Position numbers and translations under genes: made by a program. This document shows positions 34,879 to 46,843 of a stretch of 64,000 bases of DNA, in pieces; the first letter of the stretch is position 1, and each line of letters begins with the position of its first letter. The stretch comes from Fistulifera solaris. Lineage: Eukaryota. The stretch spans positions 2,170,001-2,234,000 of the forward strand of contig AP026164.1 of the NCBI GenBank assembly GCA_030295235.1. Reading direction: 5' to 3'. The notes beneath the pieces were generated by a model. That model was not told where the DNA came from, did not search any database, and worked only from the letters and a program-made list of their open reading frames with translations.

Positions 34879-36360
34879 TCATTTACAAAGTACACTGGCG
34901 TTTTGGACCGGAGTACTCCCAACTGCAAGGACTCCCACATAAAGAAGTACAGGTTCTGTCCACTGCTGCACGGGACTCTGAGTTGGGCTCTGCGAAGGAA
35001 CCGGCGCTGGATCTTCCACGTCGGCGAATGCCCTTCTTAAAAGACCAGCCAAAGTTCGAATAAGCAATCGGAAAAGACCTGTTTCGTTCTCTTTCGTGGG
35101 CTCTTGCACAAATTCATTCGCACTAAACGCTCCTGTGGAGCACGATTCAGCGCTTCCCAGATTACTCTTCACGCATAGATCTGCTGAACTCCATGATGGC
35201 GGACTCAACAAGTTCATGTACATGTCTGCATTGCCTTCGTTGGCCGAGATAGTGCATGTTGTGTTCCCTTGTATCATATATCGAAAGACTTGACGTTCTC
35301 TCGGTATTAAATTAAAGGGATCAGATTGTTCGCCAAACTGCAAGTCAATTATATCATTTTCCCAGCGACCACGGCGGAAATACGTGTAGCATGCTCGCAT
35401 AGCCAGCGCTTGGCCTAGAGTGAACTCGTACATGCAGGCATCGAGAGAGTAGTCCATAAAATTGAAAATCGGATCAGGACCTCCTCCTGGGCAAGTATCA
35501 GGTCGGGTTGCAGGCGAACATCCTCCATAGGCGTTGCCTTGTGGCGGCGTATCAGCGATACCGTCGGAAATATCACATCCCCCCGAAAAGGTATGCGAGA
35601 GACCCAGCCAATGTCCGACTTCGTGTACCAACGTATCACCCTCATTGTAGCGCGTATTGGTTCCTCCCGGTATTGAAGAAGCCTTCACGACAACACCGTC
35701 TTTGATCGACCCCGGCGTTACCGCCCACGGATAAAACGTAAAGCCCAGAGCCCGAAGATCCGTAAAATACACGTCCAGAGTTTTCGCATCGCCCTTTTTC
35801 AGCGCCGTTTTCATTTCCATTTCATCTCCAGAATCCAGGTATGCCCACACATTGTTGACCACATGAAACACACACGCGCCGCTTGTTGAAACATCTCGGA
35901 CGGTTGCGCCTGGGACGAGGACGCCATTCGCATTCACTTTCGCCACGGCAAATTGGATTCCTGTTTTGATGGAACAAGTGCCCGGAGCACACCAACTCAG
36001 CGTAGTGTTGCAACATGATGAGGATCCGTAGGCTGTGTTCAATGCGTCGAGTTGCCGTTGCAGATCGCCGTTGGAGAGTTTGTTCTTTCCTGTATCGTCC
36101 GATATTACGTAAAAGCACACAGGGATCATAATATTTGCTTCGATATCGACTTCGTCTGGGCTAGAGAGAAATTTTTCTACCACAAGTTGTTGGGTGGCAA
36201 TGTCGGCTTCTTTCGCTTCGGCGGTATCACATCGCTCAATCGTCGTTTCAAGGTCGCGGTCATCCTGCCACCCGTGCGACCCATGCGATGATACTTCTTG
36301 TATTTTCGAAAAGCATGCTGTCAATGCGAACAACAATAGAGCGTATCCGGGTAATTTCAT
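34879..36360 (-). CDS. M43 (pappalysin/ulilysin-like) zinc metalloprotease, secreted, with C-terminal PPC-like domain (paralog A)
   Basis: Signal peptide, cysteine-switch RCDT, HEVGHWLGLSH, DTPPQ, Met-turn NFMDY and C-terminal GNADMY. Confidence 0.93.
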   Translation of the reverse strand: MKLPGYALLLFALTACFSKIQEVSSHGSHGWQDDRDLETTIERCDTAEAKEADIATQQLVVEKFLSSPDEVDIEANIMIPVCFYVISDDTGKNKLSNGDLQRQLDALNTAYGSSSCCNTTLSWCAPGTCSIKTGIQFAVAKVNANGVLVPGATVRDVSTSGACVFHVVNNVWAYLDSGDEMEMKTALKKGDAKTLDVYFTDLRALGFTFYPWAVTPGSIKDGVVVKASSIPGGTNTRYNEGDTLVHEVGHWLGLSHTFSGGCDISDGIADTPPQGNAYGGCSPATRPDTCPGGGPDPIFNFMDYSLDACMYEFTLGQALAMRACYTYFRRGRWENDIIDLQFGEQSDPFNLIPRERQVFRYMIQGNTTCTISANEGNADMYMNLLSPPSWSSADLCVKSNLGSAESCSTGAFSANEFVQEPTKENETGLFRLLIRTLAGLLRRAFADVEDPAPVPSQSPTQSPVQQWTEPVLLYVGVLAVGSTPVQNASVLCK

Positions 36361-36741
36361 GTGGTAGTTCTTGTTTTGTTGCTCTTCTGTGGGATACTTC
36401 AGGTTCAAACGAAGTATCTTGTTGGAAGGACGTGTTTTTCCTGTTCGTTTTCTTTTTTAATAGAGATGTTGTGAATGTTGGTTGCGCAAGAGAAGTTTCG
36501 CTCTCGCCAGACGCACAGGTTCCTTACAGGTTTGCATGACGACTATAACGAGAAAAGCGGTATCAGTCGGTACAAAGAAAGAAAAGTGATTAAATACGAA
36601 AATTCAATTTGTTTTTGTGACTATCAAAAGATGCATAGCAAAAATCCAAGTTGTTAACACAAAACCGTCTGTTGACGTTTTGGTCCAATTGTAACGATGT
36701 TTTATTAAGGATAACGTTAAGCGTGAAAATAATACTGCGGG

Positions 36742-36808
36742 GGTACTCCGTACCAGTACTGCACTGGAACTGGTACCGTACCGGTACCGGTACCGGTACA
36801 AGTACCAG
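36742..36808. repeat. GTAC/TACCGG-rich self-complementary tandem tract
   Basis: ggtactccgtaccagtactgcactggaactggtaccgtaccggtaccggtaccggtacaagtaccagg. Confidence 0.8.
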
Positions 36809-37054
36809 GCAATTGGTAATACCTGGTAATGCACCGAGCACCGAGCCTGCAACTGCGACGATGAAAGATAGACGAAAGAGAGGAAATTATCAAATACATC
36901 AAGATTACAACAGGCCTCATCATCTTTGTCTTTCGCAAACAAATTAAGCTGAGTTTCATAGGCCCGCAGAGCACGCTGCGAGCTATCGACGCAACAACAA
37001 TAGAAATAATTCACCAACTGACGTCACTTGAATTCGATATTCCCATCAATAGGG

Positions 37055-37833
37055 ATGCAATCTCGTCTTTCTCTCCTGTGCTTTCTTGGTGTCACATACG
37101 TCGGTGCGTTTGTTCTTACCAACGTACGGAGGCACAAATTCTTACCTCTTTCCAGAGCTTAGATGAGCACGTTGAGACAGAAAAGGCTGGGTCCTCTCAG
37201 CAGACAAGGAGATTCTTTGCGAAAGCATCCGCTGCCGTCGTTGCTGCCTCTCTATTCCATGATAGCTTACCGGCCAGAGCTGCTGATGAAGAAATCCCAG
37301 TATTTAAGACAGCATCCGGACTTAAATACATTGATCTACAAGTAGGAACCGGCGAGTCGCCCCAATATGGTCAGCTTTGTTCAATTCAATACGCAGCTTA
37401 CATCAAGTTACCGGCATCGGCCAAAAATCCCAATCCGAAACCGGAACTGTTTGAGAAACAAAGTGCCTATCTTTTGAAGCATGGGAATGGTAGAACGATT
37501 CCTGGACTCGATGAAGGATTGCACACCATGAAAGTTGGTGGGACGCGTCGATTGCTCATTCCTCCGAAGCTGGGTTATATTGAGAATGGTCTCGGCCCAA
37601 TTCCAGAGTATCCCTGGGATCGAAATAAGCTGAACCAGTTGTTGACAGCTATGGTGGAGCAAGCGGGAGGAACTGTGATATTTGAAGTGACACTGTTGTC
37701 CGCAATCGATGACGAAGCCGATCAGGGTTATTATTCCGATGATTCCCTTTCGCCGGAAGACTTTGATACATTACGAAAAAACCTGCAAAGGAAAGTGCAA
37801 GAGAATAGGGAACAGCAGCAAGGTACTCTGTAG
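37055..37833 (+). CDS. FKBP-type peptidyl-prolyl isomerase, thylakoid-lumen targeted (tripartite presequence); frameshift ~37140
   Basis: Signal peptide MQSRLSLLCFLGVTYVGAF from 37055. Twin-Arg TRRFF, hydrophobic stretch and ARA cleavage site. FKBP motifs SGLKYIDL..G.G, IPGLDEGL..MKVGGTRRLLIPP.LGY and IFEVTL. Confidence 0.9.
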
Positions 37834-37875
37834 ATGCTGCCATGACGTAACGAAGGTTAAATTTAAAATATTCGC

Positions 37876-39240
37876 CTAATATCTTTGTTTCGAAGCAGCA
37901 ATGCACTTTTTCCGCCAAGCCGTCATATCAATAGGATGCGTCAATTCAGAAGCCTCATCGTCCGGTTTCCAAATCTTGATGGTTTTATCTCCTTCTCCCG
38001 TGATTAATCGTGTACCGGTGGCGTCAAAGGCGGTCGCCATAATAGAGTTTTCCGAATCCAAACTACCCGGTTGCACCTGCGACATGGTCTGCTGAAAGGA
38101 ATACCCCGTCTTGTAATCCCAGAAATGCAAACTCCCGTTATCTCCACCAGACACCATAACTCCATCATCGTTGACTGCCATGGCGTTGATAATGGCTTTG
38201 TGGCCCGTAAAAGTGTGCAGAAATTTGCCGTCTTTTCCTTGAAATTGTTTAATCTGACCATCGGCAGCACCGGAGCAGAACGTGTGCTCAAACGAGGGCT
38301 GCGCTAAAGCACGAATCGACTTTTGATGATGCGTCAAAGTCGTGACGCATTTGCCGGCCACGAGATCCCATAATCGAACGGTGCTGTCGTGGCTTCCGGT
38401 GATCACTTGAGGTTTCATCGTCTTGGTCACAACGGCGGCTACCGTATTGTCGTGTCCGCTCAAGCAATGCACCTGCTTCTTGGTGCGAATATCCCACACA
38501 CGCGCCACGGCGTCTCGTCCTCCAGTCACTAAAACATCGACAGTCGGATGGAGGGACATGCAATAGACACCGGAGAGATGTCCGTGATAATGACGAACCA
38601 CTTGATTCGTTTCCAAATCCCAACATTTGACCTGTTTATCTTCTCCGCAACTAAACAAATACGGATGTCTCGTAGAAAATGCCAGTCCCCGTACGGCAGA
38701 AATATGTCCCGTCAGAGTATATTGCAAGGCGGACTCACTTCCGACCGAAGCCGCCGCGAGATTGAATACTTTGATCGTCCGATCTGCGGAACCGGTAGCA
38801 AACCATCGGTTCGTGGCTTGATCGACCGCAATCGAGCGCACCCATCCCAAATGAGATGATATGACGGTCGAAAGCTTCCATGGAGCATGCCATTGGGGTG
38901 TGGGAATGTAGACCGAACGCTGATGATCGGGTCGTTTCACCAAGATGCGACTCGAAGACGATGTTTCGTCGCCTTCATTCGTGTTTGCAGCTACCAGAGC
39001 CTGATCAATTCTTTCTTTTTTATGTTCCGATGACGCTAACACCAATGCTTGAGAGCTTTTACCTCCTTCAGATTTCGTTACGATACCGTATCGCATCCGC
39101 TTTCGTCGAGCGACGGACGTTTCGCGGAGTGAAGGGTCCGCGGCAGGTAAGAACACCGGCTCATCGAATAGTTGTCGGGAGCGACTGGATATGTGAAAAG
39201 CCGACTCAGCTGCGTAGTTGTGGATTGTTTCTTCTGTCAT
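37876..39240 (-). CDS. PLRG1: Pleiotropic regulator 1 / Prp46 WD40 splicing factor
   Basis: [22 protein letters not shown], seven WD repeats, VQPGSLDSE and DKTIKIWK. Confidence 0.96.
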   Translation of the reverse strand: MTEETIHNYAAESAFHISSRSRQLFDEPVFLPAADPSLRETSVARRKRMRYGIVTKSEGGKSSQALVLASSEHKKERIDQALVAANTNEGDETSSSSRILVKRPDHQRSVYIPTPQWHAPWKLSTVISSHLGWVRSIAVDQATNRWFATGSADRTIKVFNLAAASVGSESALQYTLTGHISAVRGLAFSTRHPYLFSCGEDKQVKCWDLETNQVVRHYHGHLSGVYCMSLHPTVDVLVTGGRDAVARVWDIRTKKQVHCLSGHDNTVAAVVTKTMKPQVITGSHDSTVRLWDLVAGKCVTTLTHHQKSIRALAQPSFEHTFCSGAADGQIKQFQGKDGKFLHTFTGHKAIINAMAVNDDGVMVSGGDNGSLHFWDYKTGYSFQQTMSQVQPGSLDSENSIMATAFDATGTRLITGEGDKTIKIWKPDDEASELTHPIDMTAWRKKCIAASKQRY

Positions 39241-39654
39241 GCTATATTTACTCCGTTCGAATCTCAAATTGTTAGTCTATTATTGCAATATTGTGTCGTA
39301 TGATTGCGCTTCCGCGGTTGGCTTTATTTCTCGCGAGAACAAGCACCAAAAAAATTGTATGGTGCGACGGGCAGACGTTGTTCTCCTGAAAGCGTTCTAC
39401 GGTTACACGTCGTCTTAGCGTTACCGGTGCCTAATTTTTTACGTGACGAGCGACGAGTGAAGAGTGGCAATAGAGCTAGAGGGAAAGACTGGTCAGGATC
39501 AGATTAAATGTCGATATTCCATGTCTGTTTAGATCCAATTGGCTATGTCATTCATCTACTTTGCTCGATTAATTTCCGATGGGTGACTAATCCCGACGGA
39601 GGTATGGATAGCTTAGAATGATAAAAATGTTGTCCAGGAGAAACCAATGTTCTA

Positions 39655-41040
39655 TCATCTAAATAAGCTGCAACGAAGTCTTAAATTTTGAACGGGTGTG
39701 CTCCCAGTAGCAACAACTCCCACGTACAGAGGTAGAGGGTCTCGGATGAACCCAGTCAACGCGCCGAATATAGAACGAATCGGGGCCCCTCTTTGAGCAT
39801 TAATGTATGCACTAACATCACCCGTAGAGCATGATTCGGCACTTGTCGTACTGTTTGATTTGCACAAATCTGCCGCACTCCAGGTTGGCGGACTCAACAA
39901 GTTAATGTACATGTCTGCGTTGCCTTCTTTGGCAGAGATACTGCAAGTCGTCCTTCGTCGGATCAAAACTCGAAAAATCTGTCGTTCTCTGGGTATTAGA
40001 TTCAAAGGTGCTGATTGTTCACGAACTCGTAATTGAATGACCTCGTTCTCCCAGCGACCGAGTCGGAAGAAAGTATAGCAGGCTCGCATGGCCAACGCCT
40101 GGCCTCTCGTGAATTCGTACATACAGGCATCGAGAGAGTAGTCCATGAAATTGAAAATCGGATCGGGACCACCTCCTGGACACGTATCCGGACGCGTCGC
40201 AGGGGAACAGCCACCATAGGCATTCGCCTGAGGCGGTGTATCAACGATTCCGTCAGAAATATCACAGCCACCTGCAAAGGTGTGCGACAGACCCATCCAG
40301 TGCCCCACTTCGTGTGCCAGCGTATCGCCTTCATTGTAGCGTTTATTGCTTCCTCCGGGTACTGTTGAAGCCTGCACCACAACACCATCTCGGATTGATC
40401 CTGGAGTGATCGCCCACGGAAAAGTTGTAAAGCCGAGTGCTCGAAGATCTGTGAAATATACGTCTAGCGTTTTCTCATCACCCTTTTTCAGCGCCGTTTT
40501 CATGGCCATTTCGTCACCATCATCCAGATAGGCCCAGGCATTGTTCACCACTCGAGTCACGCAGGCACCACTTGCTGAAACACTGCTCGCCGTCGCGCCT
40601 GGCACGAGGGCGCCATTGGCATTAATCTTCGCCATGGCGAATGATATCCCAGTATTGATCGAGCAGGTACCTGGAGCACACCAGCTCAAAGTAGTGTTAC
40701 AGCAAGAAGAAGAACCGTACGCTCTGTTCAATGCGTCGAGTTGCCCTTGGAGATCGCTATCGGAAAGACTGTTGTTTCCTTGAGTGTCGGATATCACATA
40801 GAAGCAGACTGGTACCACAATCTCCGTGTCGACTCTCTCCGAGCTGGAGAGAAACTTCTCGACAACAAGCTGTTGCGTTGCGATGTCGAGCTCTGTAGCT
40901 TCGGGGGTACCACACCGGTTCATTTCCTCAAGATCTCGAGCAACGTGTCCCACATGAAACCCATGAGACGATACGCCTTGCAATCTCAGAAAAAACGTTA
41001 TAAAGACGAACGAAAAGACCACATAATCATTTGTTTTCAT
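39655..41040 (-). CDS. M43 zinc metalloprotease (paralog B)
   Basis: RCGT cysteine switch, HEVGHWMGLSH and NFMDY; catalytic domain nearly collinear with 34879..36360. Confidence 0.93.
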   Translation of the reverse strand: MKTNDYVVFSFVFITFFLRLQGVSSHGFHVGHVARDLEEMNRCGTPEATELDIATQQLVVEKFLSSSERVDTEIVVPVCFYVISDTQGNNSLSDSDLQGQLDALNRAYGSSSCCNTTLSWCAPGTCSINTGISFAMAKINANGALVPGATASSVSASGACVTRVVNNAWAYLDDGDEMAMKTALKKGDEKTLDVYFTDLRALGFTTFPWAITPGSIRDGVVVQASTVPGGSNKRYNEGDTLAHEVGHWMGLSHTFAGGCDISDGIVDTPPQANAYGGCSPATRPDTCPGGGPDPIFNFMDYSLDACMYEFTRGQALAMRACYTFFRLGRWENEVIQLRVREQSAPLNLIPRERQIFRVLIRRRTTCSISAKEGNADMYINLLSPPTWSAADLCKSNSTTSAESCSTGDVSAYINAQRGAPIRSIFGALTGFIRDPLPLYVGVVATGSTPVQNLRLRCSLFR

Positions 41041-41692
41041 TTGATCTTTCTGTTCTTTTCTGTAAGTTGTTCGCTGTATGATTATTCAAAGAAAGAATAT
41101 GCTTCGCAATGGTCTTTATTGCAATGCATTGGCAACTCGCTCAAGATCGGGGCATTTTCTGTTTCAGCTTTTTCGTTCTCCTTTGCGCTTCCTGGTCATG
41201 GCTAAGCACGGATTATGATACGGCATCCAATACCAGGTAACCACATACTATACTGACGCTAAGTTCAAGTTCTGCAAACATCTTTTAGAATTAGTCGAAA
41301 AAATTTGAATGCAAAGATGTTACTCCGGAGTAGTACTACGTAGTTAAATGTGGCGGTGAGTCGTGGCAAAGTGGACCGACGCGTTGGCTATGGCTATGGT
41401 TGGTTAGCGGGCTAGCGGGCTGGCGACAGGCGAGACTCTCTCTCTAGAGTAGGCAGCTACGAGCTACCGGACAAGGGTGTGCGCTCTAGAGCGAGGAACT
41501 CTTTCAATTCTTTTTTTTGTAAGATATTATCAGAAGAAAAGCATATCTACTGGGTTTCTAATAACAATGCCTAAACACGCGAGTTTGTCGGTTGATATTG
41601 GCAATCTAGTCGATAGCATTAATAAATAGAAACTTCGACTTGAACAGACCGTTTTTCGAAATTTTTCTGCTATTATGTGTATACTAGAGCAA

Positions 41693-43480
41693 TTACAATT
41701 TGAGCCACACCGCAGAAGTGCACTTAAATCCGGAACCAAAGGCCACTTGCAGAATTCTGTCTCCCTTGCGCAGCATGTGCTTTTGATTTTCTTGGATGTA
41801 TTCCAGTTCGTACCAGATACTGCTCGAACTCGTGTTCCCGTAATTCAACAACGTCATTCGAGAAGGTTCTGTATGATAAGGTTCCAATTTTAGGTTCTTC
41901 TCAATTCCGTCAATAACAGCGCGACCACCAGCATGGATACAGAAATGGTCAATGGCAGTCTTGAAGTCGGGCACGTACGGCTTCATCGGTGATTCTACTT
42001 TAAAAAGGTTTTTCTGGAAATATCGTACAATGATACTCAAAACCACCAAAGCCTGTTCGCTCCAAGGCAGCACTTGAGGCCCAAGCATGGTGAAGTTCTT
42101 CTCCATGCATTTTCCGGCAACCTTCACAATATCTTTCGATAGACGTACTCCCTGTTCTTGCTTCGCATCTTCACCTTCATAGACACACTCGTAAGCTGCC
42201 TGACCTGTTCCCTGGACACGAACCGTGTGCAACAATTTGTACCAAGCGCGACGACCGTCGGACCAACGATTGCTCAATACCATGGCCGCACCACCGCAAC
42301 GAAAGAGAGTATTTTGAATCAAGAATCCTCGATCATTTCCGTGGTAAAAGTTTGGCGTCAAAATCTCGGTCGAAACTACGAGTGCTTTCTTGTACGAGTG
42401 TTTGCTGAGAAGCTGCTGTGCCAAATCGATGGAAATCAAAGAAGCCGAACATCCCATACCCGATAAGTTGAATGTTTGCACATCACTGCGCATCCCAAAA
42501 TGACTTAAGACCATGGCACACAAGGAAGGCGTCGGCGAAAAAGACTGCAGTTAATGATCAGTACGTCAATTTCCTTGGGTTTCACGTTGGCTTTGCGCAA
42601 GGCCTCCTCCACGACCGTGAAAATGACAGTTTCCGCTTCGGCGCGCGATGCCTTCATCGATCGATCCGCCTTCGGATACGTGACCGACCCATCCGGCTGC
42701 TTTTCTTCTTTCAAGCTTTGGACGATACCCGGAGGCCAGGCGGTCGACTGACCCGTACCACTTCGTTCAAGGATGCGTTCCATGAATTCAATCGAGTCTT
42801 CCGTAAAGCAATTCTGGCGACGCATAATTTCGACGATTTGATCGTGCGACAATTTCCAAGACTCCGGTGGTTTAAATGTAGCAAACGACAACAGGTAGAC
42901 CGGGCGTTGCACGCGCATAATCAACGCCCCCGAAAGTAACACCAACGCGGTCGCCTTGACGTACGGAGCGAGCAAACTGAATGTATTGGTGTTGTTTTTC
43001 AAAAAGTTGTGATACAGTCGCATGAGAAGTTCCTTAACGGCGGTGGCGACGGCGTAAACAGTTTCGGTCGTCCATTTTTCTCTGTGAAAGAGTTCTTTGC
43101 TCGAGATGACTTGATGAATGATTTGCGCCAAGAGAACAAAAATCAGTAGTGTCATGATTTGTGGCAAATGAGTACCAATCACATGCGTCCAGTCAATCAT
43201 CCTTTCGAGCGCAAATAAAGAAAAGATCGAGTGAGAAGGAAGAGAGAGACAATGATTGTTAGAGAAGGGTCCTTTCAGAAGAACTACAAAGGACTCTTCG
43301 ACGTCCTCTCCAAGATCGCACGTACCCAATCAAACTCGACTTTCGAACTCGGTACTCACGGGCCTTCGAGTTGAAATCGGAGTTGATTGAAATGTCGGTA
43401 TCGGAATCGACGCGATGCATTCCGGTGGGTTCGTTTTGCTGATTATTGCTATTATTTTGGTTTCGCATTTGAGGGGGCAT
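41693..43480 (-). CDS. FAE1-type 3-ketoacyl-CoA synthase (very-long-chain fatty acid condensing enzyme); intron 43202-43325, frameshift ~42535
   Basis: RPVYL, ILERSGTG, EIDVLIINCSLF, NLSGMGCSA (active Cys), LFRCGGAA, HFCIHAGGRAV, YGNTSSSSIWYE and QVAFGSGFKCTSAVW; N-terminal TM segments. Confidence 0.94.
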
Positions 43481-44208
43481 TCGGTGATGAAGGATGATAA
43501 ATACGAAGCTCTTTTGTGCTTCACGGTCGATGAAAGCTACGGTTTGTTGAAGATATATTCGATCAATTCCGTTCGGGCTGTTTTTGGAAACGACAGCTGC
43601 AACTTTAAAGTGCAATAATGAGAATCTCTGAAAGAATGAGAACGTCAATCTTCAACTCAGTGTCTGCAGGCTCTCGAAAAGGCAGATATTTGTTGCAAAA
43701 CTGACTTATTTTTGAGCCGATAGATCAGTTCTGTTACCGACGGGTGGTGTGAAGATGATGATGACGAAAGCCAGGATGGAAAATTGGGAGCCCTTATTGT
43801 GATGATGATGTCAAACTCAAACGGGGGCAACGTAGGTCGCGTTGTTGGGTGGAGGTGCGGTGATTTTTTGCGTGATGATGGAAACGAGACTCCTGCGGCA
43901 TGTAATCTTCCGCGCCAGCCGACATGTCCTATCGTGATTTCATCGGTCGGGTCGCAACGAAAGAGTGCCCATCCGTGATACTCCAAATTTTGCGGTACTG
44001 ACTTGGCTAGTTAGAATATTTATTTAGCGATCCTCTAAATTTTTAGCCAAGGGGTTTGATTCGACTAGGTTCCAGGTTCCAGTCATTGCAACAACTATTC
44101 TAAGCCCTTAACATTGCAACAAGGGCTCAAGGTTCCACAAAACGATGAACGTGCTGCCGCGCCACAATTTCCTTGTAATTGGTGGTGAAAACATGAGGAA
44201 GAGACACT

Positions 44209-46307
44209 TCATTCAGCCTTCTTTCGGTTCTGCGAAAACCGTTCATCCCACATCTTACGAATACGTGCACATTGCTCTTCCGTTGCAAATAGATTAGAAA
44301 GCTGTTCTTTGACTGCATCGATACGTTTCTTGGCTTCTTCCTTGATATACTTTCCAGCTCCTTTGATCTCGTATATCCATGGCGCCGCCGCACTCACAAA
44401 GTCAAAATCAGGATCCAAGCTTTTGCCAACTCCGTCCATCTGACTCAAGGCTCGGGCTACGAAGGCATATTCCGCAGGAAGCTTGAAATACTTCATGATT
44501 TCCGCATCCGTGGATGTTGCGTTACTGGTGATATTCTGTTTCACGGTCTCTCGAAACTGGTAGCCCCTTTCTTTCAGGCGTTTCCGATTGGCCTTGATTT
44601 TACCAGTTCTATAGTTGTCGGCAATCTTGGCACGAACTTTTTCCATATCAGCGTCGGGTTGAAGGACGCCCATCTTCTGGAACGAGATCATCGAACGATC
44701 CACATCTGAGTCCACAATGGCGTCGACGATCTCTAGGATGCCATCCCCTTGCTCGGCCGTCAAAGTCGCGGCTTGCCCAAAGTCATAAAAGACGAGGCGA
44801 ACGCGATCTTCCGACTTGGTGGCGTTCATATCTAAAAGCTCCACTCCGAGATTTCCAGGATGCGGATCCGTCGAAAAGAAATTGTGACAACAAAGCTGGC
44901 GCAAATAGGCCCGACCCAGACAGTCGGCCAAGTACATTTTATCATCGTCGTTGACACCAGCAGCCTCCAGCTTGTCGTTCCTTGTGATTTTGATACTCGG
45001 TACATATTCATTCACAAGAATCTTTTCGGAGGAAAGATCTGAGTAAACATAGGGTGTTCGTAACCATGGTGCAGCACTTGGTAGTTCTTTCCCATCCTTG
45101 GACAGCGACCGAGACTGGACGCTTTTCCCTCCCAAAGTCAAGCCGAAATCGGAGCAGAATCTCATAGCATTTTCTGCTTCGTCGCGATAATCGATTTCTC
45201 GATAAAGGATTTCCTCAGCATCTATAAATATTTCCGTCCAATTCTGCTTGATGCCACCGACGTCGCTCATCGTCCCGCCACTGAAGCGATCCATCATGCC
45301 AGCTAACTTGGTAAGAAGCGCAAAGTCTTGATCGTACATTTCCCGCAAATAAGGGCGCTGTAATTTGATGGCCACAAGGTCACCCGTCTCACGGAGCGTT
45401 GCGGTGTGAACTTGACCCAGACTGGCGGCAGCAATGGGCACATCGTTGAAATCCGAAAATATCTCCTCAAAAGGTTTGAAATGTACCGTCTGATTGCCAT
45501 CTGCGTCAGTAGGCCAAGCGGCTCGGACCAGCGCCCACGCCTTTTCACCGCTTTGTGCTGGCACTTGATCTTGCAATCGTTCCATTGCTTGGATCCACGG
45601 TGATGGTAATAATTCCGAACGACAGGATATAATTTGTCCCAACTTTATATACAAGGGACCCAGTTGCAACAAACCCGTCGTGAGTTGTTGTCCCGATTTT
45701 TGTAAGAGAGTCTCGGCCCGGGTCTTGGCTCCGATCCACTGCCACCCTCGCGCGGGAAGGTAACCACCAAACGTCACCACCAGAACCAACGTCAGGAGAG
45801 CACGCCCCCGCGCTCCCGGATGTCGAGCATACCGTCCCCATTCCGAGGTAGCATCCCGTGCTTGTCGTTGTTTGACTTGTCGATGTGCGGCATATTGCCA
45901 TATGGCGAGCAAAGCGAGGAACGGGCGTTTCAAATTTTGTACTGCTGGCACAGTATCGTAGGTAGCATACGAAAGCGAGTTCCTGTCGTGAAAGCTTTGG
46001 TCGCCAATACGGTAACTATCACTAACAGAGCGATCCTCTTTATCGAACTGGATTTGATCCGTGCAAAGAACTTCTCTGAGAAGTTGCCGGTCGCCACCTC
46101 GTTTCGTCTTTGTTTTGTCGTTGCTGGTGAGATGTGAATTGCGTCATCCTGCCGTTCGTCGAGCGGCGGAGCAGTCACGGACAAATGCAAAACGGTCTGA
46201 CCATGTATATTATTAAGTTGAAGGGGAAATAAGTGAAAGGATAAAACTGGATGGAATCCGGACAAAACGACGAGCAACGGAACGAGCATAGCGTGTCGAA
46301 GTATCAT
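44209..46307 (-). CDS. ABC1K/UbiB atypical kinase, plastid-type presequence; frameshift ~45950
   Basis: LGPLYIKLGQ, LQDQVP, AAASLGQVH, VAIKLQRP, EIDYRDE, DPHPGN and YDFG; N-terminal signal peptide ending VLSF. Confidence 0.92.
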
Positions 46308-46843
46308 GGCTCTACATACAGATCGATCGACCAGCTTGTAGTATTTGTGCGAGTTTCCAAGAAGTTAATACTCCCTGGTGTTCATTGCAGGTATGATGAA
46401 GGTGATCATAAAAGATGCGTTTTTAATACTTTCTATCATCGAAGTTAATCCGTGGTCATGCAACGAATGGAAAAAAGAAGCATGACGGATCAATCAAAAC
46501 GATCGGCCATTTTCGCAGCGTATCGTATCGGTAATCCAATCCTTCACAAATGAGTACAGGATGCTAAGACCATAAGCCGATGACCGATGACCCAAGCTTC
46601 CTACATTTCGTAAGGATACAAAAGTGCAGAATACACGCTCAACAGGCATTTTGTGAGCGAATGACTTTCCCTATCTTGCATCGGTCAAAAAAGCGCCACC
46701 ATTTCTTCTGTATTTCACGCCATGGTGTTTTCTAAGGCTATTTATTACATTATAAGTTTTCGGTTTCATTGAGACTTTCGATAACTTCAGAGAACAAGAA
46801 ATAGACTGCTTGTAAGACGGGTTTGTCACGGAAGTCTTCAAAT

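Noticed and set aside
36590..37017. ORFs with VPVPVP / YRYRYR / TGTGTG runs
   Set aside because: Produced by the GTACCG repeat in all frames; not coding evidence.
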